A stretch of DNA of 64,000 nt, from assembly GCA_963748135.1 (NCBI GenBank), contig CAVVHY010000012.1, positions 24,390-88,389 on the forward strand, in the 5' to 3' direction. A program made the translations under genes and the position numbers. Position 1 is the stretch's first letter; each line of letters begins with the position of its first letter. Below are positions 57,660 to 64,000 of this stretch, in pieces. Origin of the DNA: an uncultured Gammaproteobacteria bacterium. Lineage in GTDB: Bacteria > Pseudomonadota > Gammaproteobacteria > JBGSLN01. The notes under the pieces are model-generated. The model made no database searches. It saw only the letters and a program-made list of their open reading frames with translations, and was not told where the DNA came from.

Positions 57660-59300
57660 TTATTCTTCTATCTTAGGAAAGCTTAGTACAAACTCTGTAA
57701 AAACACCAATTTCGGAGCTGCATGTAATTTGACCGCCATGAGCCTCCATGACACGTTTACAGAATGTTAAACCAATCCCTGACCCACCCTTTCTAGCAGT
57801 ATGAAACCGTTCAAATATATAGGGCAGCTCTTCTTTGGAAATACCCTTGCTAGTGTCCTTGAAAATGAGGTGATTATATTTCTGGTCATCATTACGCATA
57901 CTTATATAAATCTCACCTTTGCCAGCATCTGCTATATAAAACAGTGCATTCTTAAACAAGTTAAATAATATATGCACCATGAGCTGCTGTGAGCCTTTGA
58001 ACTGGAAGTCATTTTTGGGCTCATAATTTACCAAGTCAGATTGTTGCTCAGTGAATGGATATCGATCGATTGCTTCAACAACACAATCATGCATCGAATA
58101 GGTCTGAAAGGTTGTGGTTACTATCTTTTGACTGGTTATGTTCATCAACAACATATCAATGAACGTATTTGACTCTTTCACTTCACTTTGTATGTCATTA
58201 ATGTTTCTGGCAAGCTTTTGTATATATTTATCAGTGATATTTATCTTAGATTTTTTGTCTGGCTCCTTTTTTACAAGCTCATAATCTTCAGTTAAAACTT
58301 TTAGAAACTTATTAAAAGTTCCAGCAGTATTATCAATGCTTGCAAGAGGTGTTCTTAACTCATGGGCAATACTCCCACCTAAAATGGTTGCTGATTCGAG
58401 TTGCTTTTGCAGTATAGTTTTTTCTTCTTGGAGCTTCTCTGCTTCTTTCTCAGCGGTAATATCAAATGCAATACCTAAAAGGCCAATTACATTACCATTG
58501 TCATCAAAGATAGGTGATTTATTTGAGAGATATATTTTTGTTGAACCATCAGGCAATACCAGTGGCTCTTCGACCACCCTCGCCTTTCCAGTCTCCATAA
58601 CTTGCTTATCAATCTTTGTGATTTCGTCAGCTTGACGGCGCTTTTCCGCTTCCGGCTGATTCTGGATGACCATATCGTAATTGGTCATACCAACAACGTC
58701 ATGACGCGATTTAAGCCCAATTGTTTTGGCTTGTTGATCATTACAACCTTGTAATACAGCATTACGATCTTTCCAGAATACATGACCAGGCATCTTGGCA
58801 ATGATATTTTCATAATAATTTTTAAGCTCAGCTTGTTTCTTGAGTAGCACCGCCTCTTTTTTAAGCCTTTCAGCTTCTTTTTCAGCGGTAATATCGAGTG
58901 CAAAACCTAAAAGGCCAACTACATTTCCATCATCATCAAATAGTGGCGATTTGTGTGATAAAAATATGGCAGTAGTCCCATCAGGTTTAATTAAAGGTTC
59001 TTCAATAGTTTCAGCTTTGCCAGTTTCCATGATACGTTTATCGTTTTCCTTTATCTTACGGGCTTCCTCGCGCCTTTCAGCCTCTGGCAAGCCATCCCAG
59101 ATCATCTCATAAGTGGATTTACCAACGACATCATGACGAGACTTCAAACCCAGAGTTTTCGCCTGTTGGTCATTACAACCCAGAAAGACGCCGTCTTTAT
59201 CTTTCCAAAACACATGGCCAGGCATCTTGGCAATGATATTCTCGTAATAATCAATTACCTGCTTGATGTCGTTTTCAGTATGCTTCTTTTTCTTAGTCAT
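57660..59300 (-). CDS. Cytoplasmic sensor histidine kinase with two tandem PAS domains
   Basis: Two copies of YYENIIAKMPGHVFWKD...GCNDQQAK. H-box AHELRTP, NLFKNA, DTSKGI, GSGIGL. Confidence 0.93.
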   Translation of the reverse strand: MTKKKKHTENDIKQVIDYYENIIAKMPGHVFWKDKDGVFLGCNDQQAKTLGLKSRHDVVGKSTYEMIWDGLPEAERREEARKIKENDKRIMETGKAETIEEPLIKPDGTTAIFLSHKSPLFDDDGNVVGLLGFALDITAEKEAERLKKEAVLLKKQAELKNYYENIIAKMPGHVFWKDRNAVLQGCNDQQAKTIGLKSRHDVVGMTNYDMVIQNQPEAEKRRQADEITKIDKQVMETGKARVVEEPLVLPDGSTKIYLSNKSPIFDDNGNVIGLLGIAFDITAEKEAEKLQEEKTILQKQLESATILGGSIAHELRTPLASIDNTAGTFNKFLKVLTEDYELVKKEPDKKSKINITDKYIQKLARNINDIQSEVKESNTFIDMLLMNITSQKIVTTTFQTYSMHDCVVEAIDRYPFTEQQSDLVNYEPKNDFQFKGSQQLMVHILFNLFKNALFYIADAGKGEIYISMRNDDQKYNHLIFKDTSKGISKEELPYIFERFHTARKGGSGIGLTFCKRVMEAHGGQITCSSEIGVFTEFVLSFPKIEE

Positions 59301-59519
59301 GAATTCTCAGTTCTCTATTAAATGAGTAGAGTAGATTATGCCGTGATGATTGCATCCACTCATTAGTAAGATGAGCACACTAATCCCTGTGCCCTACTTT
59401 TATAAGTGTAGCTTGATTTTTATTAGGATCCATGAAGATAAGCAGGCAATCCTGAACAATGTTAAGCCAATCTGAACAAGTTTATTAGTGAATTTTGATT
59501 TAGTGTCCCAGAAATGACA

Positions 59520-59662
59520 AAGCATTCTCGAAACCATCACTCGTCTGATAGGTGGGTATCCTGTTAACACTTTAGGCTTCTGACTTTACCCCTCAATGTC
59601 AGCCTGCTCACCATGTTAAATCCAGATTCCCTGATTCACATCATGTGGTTTCGTGAATGCTT
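59520..59662. ncRNA. Candidate structured non-coding element, copy 2 (complete, 143 nt)
   Basis: Closing stem AAGCATTCTCGAAACCA/TGGTTTCGTGAATGCTT (1 mismatch). Inner stems GGTGGGT/GCTCACC and CTGAC/GTCAG around loop TTTACCCCTCAAT. Confidence 0.55.
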
Positions 59663-59878
59663 GTAATTTTAAATTTAGTAGAGATTTGGAATTTTGCAAA
59701 TAAATAATGAAATATGAATCTTTTTAGGGCAGAGACGTAACCCCACAAAAGTTGCAAAATGGTATAATGAAAGGCCTGCTACCCTTCTTTCCCTGACCTA
59801 CGTGTATTTGTTCTATACTAATAATACTTACTGAATAGTTCATATAAAATCATAATTAGCAAATTAAGGAAAAACTCA

Positions 59879-60314
59879 ATGATTTATGATCATATAAAAG
59901 AAAAAATAGAGCCATTTATTGAACATTTTAAGACTGAACTAATCACAGAGAAACGTTCGGTTAATAAAAATATTGCGGCTAAGGGATTCTAGCAGTGGTT
60001 ATCAAATAAAGAGACACCAAGAATTACTTCTAAAAAATGTAGAGGATTTTGCAAATAAGATTAAAACTATTATATTCAATGAGATTAAGAATAAAAAAAT
60101 TGCTAAGCCTGATTTCAGCGAAATTAAAAGCGCAATAACTAAAATAATAAAGGAAGCTTCTAATGAATTCAGAAACCAATTCGTTGAGGAAGTCGAGGAT
60201 TTAGTCAAAAAATCTACGTCAGACCAAATAATTAAAGAATTGGACAATAAATTTAATAATCTACTTAAGCGTTTATTTGTAGTAATTGAACAAGAATTTG
60301 ATGCTATAGGATAA
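59879..60314 (+). pseudogene. Hypothetical helical protein, probably frameshifted near 59965-59970
   Basis: AAGGA RBS and ATG at 59879 are out of frame by 1 with ORF 59973-60314. Removing one A from an A5 run fuses them. Confidence 0.5.
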
Positions 60315-60423
60315 ATAGGATATAGAGCTTTAAAAGACTGAGCCTTGACTTAACGAGTTTGTAATTGGTAATAAATTTGTTAAGTTAACACCAGCCTTCT
60401 TTGCTCTTTAACTTATCCATAAC

Positions 60424-61551
60424 ATGGGAGATAAATTCATGTCAAATGAAAAACTCATTAAAACAATAGTTGACAATACTGCTATAATAAACGATAAACC
60501 TAAGTTTAATATGGATAGAATCGGGGATAATTTTGAAAAGCTTGCTTTTGAAATCAACGATCAAAAGACCAAGGCAGACATATATAGCGACATTTTGGAT
60601 TTCGATTTATTTAGTTTTTATCATGTCGAGGTAAATGACATTGATATAGAACAAGCCAAAGGTAAACCTATTCCTAAATTACAATCTTCATTTAATCTGA
60701 ACAAAACAATAAAAAACGATCTAAAAAGTAAGCTGAAGAACTTTAAAGCTAAAAAATACGATATCATATTCAAAATAAAAAAATTTAGTGGGAATATAGA
60801 TTTAGCTGATACAAAAATCAATGGGGTCGACATTTCTATTGATGGGGATGAAACATGCCTCACAATATCAACAAGCGCTACTGGCTATTTTAATTTTAAA
60901 GAGCAATCTGAAAAACTCTACCTCAAATATAGCATCATCCAAAATGCCATTGCAAAATTGAAATTACTGTTTGTTTATTTGTCATTCTTTAAAAAAACAA
61001 TATACTCAGGAGATAAATTTGATTATCAGCAGGAATTTTTATTATCGATATCATATGAAGGTGAAAAATATACGATAGATCGTTATTTCGATGAATATTC
61101 AACAATGCTATATTTCATTAGCAGACCCTACAAATATAGAAAGTTTGAGCTCTGCAAGCTCAAAACAAATTACCTAGATATATTGAACAGGCATAGCCAT
61201 TTACTACACAGCATCGAATGGTACATTAAATCATTAGGAACCTTATCTAGTGAAGATGTTGCTTTAGTTACAATCTGTGTTGCATTTGAAGCGATCCATA
61301 TAAAAGGAGAGTGTAAAAGTGATATGGCCAAAACAAATCAGGTGGCACTAAAAGTCGCTTACTCACTTGGGAAGACATTAAAAGAGCGTATTGAATATCG
61401 CAAAAAAATATGCGGTTTTTTTGAAAAAAGAAATTCAATTGTTCATGCAGATAAAACTCAACTAGGAAGAGGTGAACTAGCCAATATTATTAAAGAGGCA
61501 TTAGATATATTTCAAATGAGCTTTAATAAAGAATTAACCATCCATGATTAA
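60424..61551 (+). CDS. HEPN-domain protein (ApeA-like C-terminus), candidate anti-phage RNase
   Basis: Rx4H motif RNSIVH (61429-61446), preceded by SIEWY...ICVAFEAI and LKVAYSL helices. Confidence 0.75.
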   Translation: MGDKFMSNEKLIKTIVDNTAIINDKPKFNMDRIGDNFEKLAFEINDQKTKADIYSDILDFDLFSFYHVEVNDIDIEQAKGKPIPKLQSSFNLNKTIKNDLKSKLKNFKAKKYDIIFKIKKFSGNIDLADTKINGVDISIDGDETCLTISTSATGYFNFKEQSEKLYLKYSIIQNAIAKLKLLFVYLSFFKKTIYSGDKFDYQQEFLLSISYEGEKYTIDRYFDEYSTMLYFISRPYKYRKFELCKLKTNYLDILNRHSHLLHSIEWYIKSLGTLSSEDVALVTICVAFEAIHIKGECKSDMAKTNQVALKVAYSLGKTLKERIEYRKKICGFFEKRNSIVHADKTQLGRGELANIIKEALDIFQMSFNKELTIHD

Positions 61552-61760
61552 TAGATTTTGTAAAAACTATTACCCACACTTATTTAGCTAGATAACTTGC
61601 TTATAACATTGTTCATAACTCTTTTAGCCTTTATTTAGTCAGCCTGTTTTTAGGCAACGCAGCTGATAGCTAAATATCATAATTTAAATTTTTAAAGCCT
61701 CATCATTAGGTAATATAACCGTCAAAGTTATACTCGCAAATTATATGCTACATATAAGAC

Positions 61761-62933
61761 TTAAATGAGGTTTATCATAACATCTCTCGCTAACAGCACA
61801 TTAAAATTCATCCCAGGCCTAATCTTAATCGTCGGCTGTACATTCATCTCCTTTGCAACCAATTGCATCGCGGTTTGGCTCATCTGCTGGCCTATGGCGG
61901 CGTAGATGATTTGTTGGGTAGTGAGTTGGTCGGTGCGTTGTTGGGGTTGACTGAGTTGGCCTAATGCGCCGAAGACGCTAAACATCAGCGCTGAGCCGAA
62001 TACGCGCGTGTAGTGATGATCTGTGATGTCTGATAGACCTGCCATGCCGGCGAGATCGACGCCGGGTTGTCCGCTTAGGTCATATGAATTGCCATTTGGA
62101 AAAATAAGCCGTGACCAGGCGATTAAAACCCGTGATTGACCATAAGTGATTTGTGAATCATAGACACCGACAAGTGTTGTTCCTTGGGGTATTAATAAAT
62201 AATTGCCGGTAACGGTGTCAAAGACATCACGTCTTACTTTGGCGATGATAGTGCCTGGTAAGTCTGAGTTGATACCGGTGAGTAATGTTGCAGGGATGAT
62301 GGTACCGGCTTTTAGTTCATAGGGTGAGAGTGGTTTTTTGACGGTTGAGTGGATGTAATCGTCATTGCTTTGGTTAGCATTTTTTAAGAATGCGATTTTT
62401 TCGCTTTGTGCGTTTGCGTTGGTGTTTGAATTATTTGTTGCTGTGTTGGTATTCTCTGAGTCATCAATATCGTTTTGTGAACTGATATTTGCCTTCGATG
62501 CGTTGGCTGTGACTTCATGATGATACACAGACAGTTGAGCATTGCTTGCGGCTTTAAATTCACTGCTTGTAAGACCTGAGTTGTTGTCTGGATTATCTGC
62601 GTTGGAATCGTTGTATGATGTGGCTGCGTTTACATTAGTGGTGTGATCTCCATGAACCTTTGATTTGTCTTTCATGACAAGACTGGGTTGATGCGGCTCT
62701 TTTTGGATTTTATCGATCATCTCTGACGAATCATCCTCATCGACAATGGCGGTGAATGTTTGTCTCACTGTCCTTGGCGTAGTTTTCGCGTATTTATCGA
62801 TAAAGATGAGAAAGAGTATGATAAATGTAAATGCTATGCCTGCGAGTAGTATCAGTAAACGTTTACTAAAGCCTGTACCTTTGGGTAGCTTTGGTAAGTA
62901 TGATTTGGTTTGGGGGCTTTGTTGATTATTCAT
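61761..62933 (-). CDS. trbI: TrbI/VirB10 T4SS core protein
   Basis: PYELKAGTIIPATLLTGINSDLPG, YDSQITYGQSRVLIAWSRLIFPNG, QPTIKIRPG. Confidence 0.95.
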   Translation of the reverse strand: MNNQQSPQTKSYLPKLPKGTGFSKRLLILLAGIAFTFIILFLIFIDKYAKTTPRTVRQTFTAIVDEDDSSEMIDKIQKEPHQPSLVMKDKSKVHGDHTTNVNAATSYNDSNADNPDNNSGLTSSEFKAASNAQLSVYHHEVTANASKANISSQNDIDDSENTNTATNNSNTNANAQSEKIAFLKNANQSNDDYIHSTVKKPLSPYELKAGTIIPATLLTGINSDLPGTIIAKVRRDVFDTVTGNYLLIPQGTTLVGVYDSQITYGQSRVLIAWSRLIFPNGNSYDLSGQPGVDLAGMAGLSDITDHHYTRVFGSALMFSVFGALGQLSQPQQRTDQLTTQQIIYAAIGQQMSQTAMQLVAKEMNVQPTIKIRPGMNFNVLLARDVMINLI

Positions 62934-62949
62934 GCCTGACTCCTGACTG

Positions 62950-63891
62950 TCATCCAAAATTCTTATTATCAATTTCTACTTTTTCTTGATGAAAGCCTTT
63001 GCCTGAGATTAAAAAGGCGCGTTGAAAAAGCCCATCGATGATGTAATACGGTTGTTTGTAACGGTAATTCACAAGCGCGAGTTTTTTATTTTTTTGTATG
63101 TAGAGTACGGGCAAGTCCATCCGCTCGGTAATCGGTGGCATTTGGATATAGGTTTTATCGCCATCATCAAAGATGCGGGTCGGCAGCCAGGCGGGTCTAT
63201 CACCTTTGAGCTTATAATTAAAGTTAAGATGGTTTAATGCGACATTGGTGCTTTGTGAAACCGTTTGTGCCGTGATGCCACTGGTTTCATCATCATGGGC
63301 TTTTGTAGCGGTCGCTTGCAACGTTTCTTCTGGATAATAAAAGGTAACGACATGGGTCTTGGCATCTCGTTTGCTGACTAATCCAATATTATAAGTACGT
63401 TTATCGGTGGTGATGATGATGTCTGTTGCGATATTGTAGCGTTTGGGTTTGAGTGTGACTTCATACGAGCCATCGTTTGCCGTACCCACACGTGCGGTAC
63501 TCACCAGCCAATGGCTTTGATCGCCGATTTGAATATCATTGATCACTTCGCCTTGTTCGAGTTGGATGACACAAAGATGTAAGGGTTCACAGGCAATGAT
63601 GGGATGTGAATATCGATTATAGGCCAAGGTTACAAAGCCATCGGCATCAATGTCTTTTGATTTACCGTCTTTTGAGAATTCATCATAGGCTTTAACGACT
63701 TGTGGATCATTACCATAGCCATACGTCGCTTTAACTTTTGGTATGGCTTCATGCACAGGAACTTGCTTTGTGACTACGTGATTGGGATTGATGAAATCAT
63801 CTGGGTTATATTTTACAACTTCGTCACTCGCGCAACCTGTTAAGATAAAACCCATTGCAAATAAGAATACTATTTTTATAACATTAGACAT
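62950..63891 (-). CDS. trbG: TrbG/VirB9 P-type conjugative transfer protein
   Basis: LCVIQLEQGE, ITTDKRTYNI, WLPTRIFDDGDKTYIQMP, VNYR...YIIDGLF. Confidence 0.95.
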   Translation of the reverse strand: MSNVIKIVFLFAMGFILTGCASDEVVKYNPDDFINPNHVVTKQVPVHEAIPKVKATYGYGNDPQVVKAYDEFSKDGKSKDIDADGFVTLAYNRYSHPIIACEPLHLCVIQLEQGEVINDIQIGDQSHWLVSTARVGTANDGSYEVTLKPKRYNIATDIIITTDKRTYNIGLVSKRDAKTHVVTFYYPEETLQATATKAHDDETSGITAQTVSQSTNVALNHLNFNYKLKGDRPAWLPTRIFDDGDKTYIQMPPITERMDLPVLYIQKNKKLALVNYRYKQPYYIIDGLFQRAFLISGKGFHQEKVEIDNKNFG

Positions 63892-64000
63892 GTTGATTTA
63901 CCTCTGCTTCATCATTCGACCAAGAAAGCTCTGTGATATAAAACCCAAGGGGATTATGTTTGACGATAGTTTCGTTTTGCGATGGAGTCTTAAAGACATA
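63884..64000 (-). CDS. trbF: TrbF/VirB8 C-terminus (partial, enters from the right edge)
   Basis: YVFKTPSQNETIVKHNPLGFYITELSWSNDEAEVNQHV*. The stop overlaps the trbG start. Confidence 0.88.
   Translation of the reverse strand, partial: YVFKTPSQNETIVKHNPLGFYITELSWSNDEAEVNQHV

Noticed and set aside
59520-59662. Retron msr-msd or a known riboswitch
   Set aside because: No retron-type RT is nearby (only a 45-codon group II RT stub 23 kb away). I could not match TPP, FMN, SAM, cobalamin, lysine, c-di-GMP or guanidine consensus cores.

Overview
AT-rich accessory region, most likely from a Legionellales/Coxiellaceae-like host-associated gammaproteobacterium. This is inferred from the eukaryote-like F-box, RCC1, Ulp1/OTU and Fido proteins and a P-type trb T4SS. 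The left ~29 kb holds regulators, small enzymes, effector-like ORFs and two giant co-oriented genes. One is a 1925-aa fusion of a complete NRPS-like A-T-TE module to an NLR-like NB-ARC-TPR sensor, the most unusual feature of the window. The other is a frameshifted ~1740-aa protein with hydrophobic helices, a Ulp1/CE protease, a P-loop GTPase and coiled coils. The right ~35 kb is a tandem stack of integrative islands delimited by four direct-repeat 3' halves of tRNA-Thr(CGT). It carries two truncated class-D-like group II introns inserted in the same 16-nt target, IS relics, an AbiE TA pair, Fic, AAA-DUF4143 and HEPN genes, REP-like palindromes at gene junctions, a duplicated structured non-coding element, a replication-relaxation/TraD/TraF cluster and trbF-trbG-trbI. 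Several genes are broken at homopolymers or short repeats, so assembly error cannot be excluded. All domain calls are from motif recognition by eye; no database searches were run.
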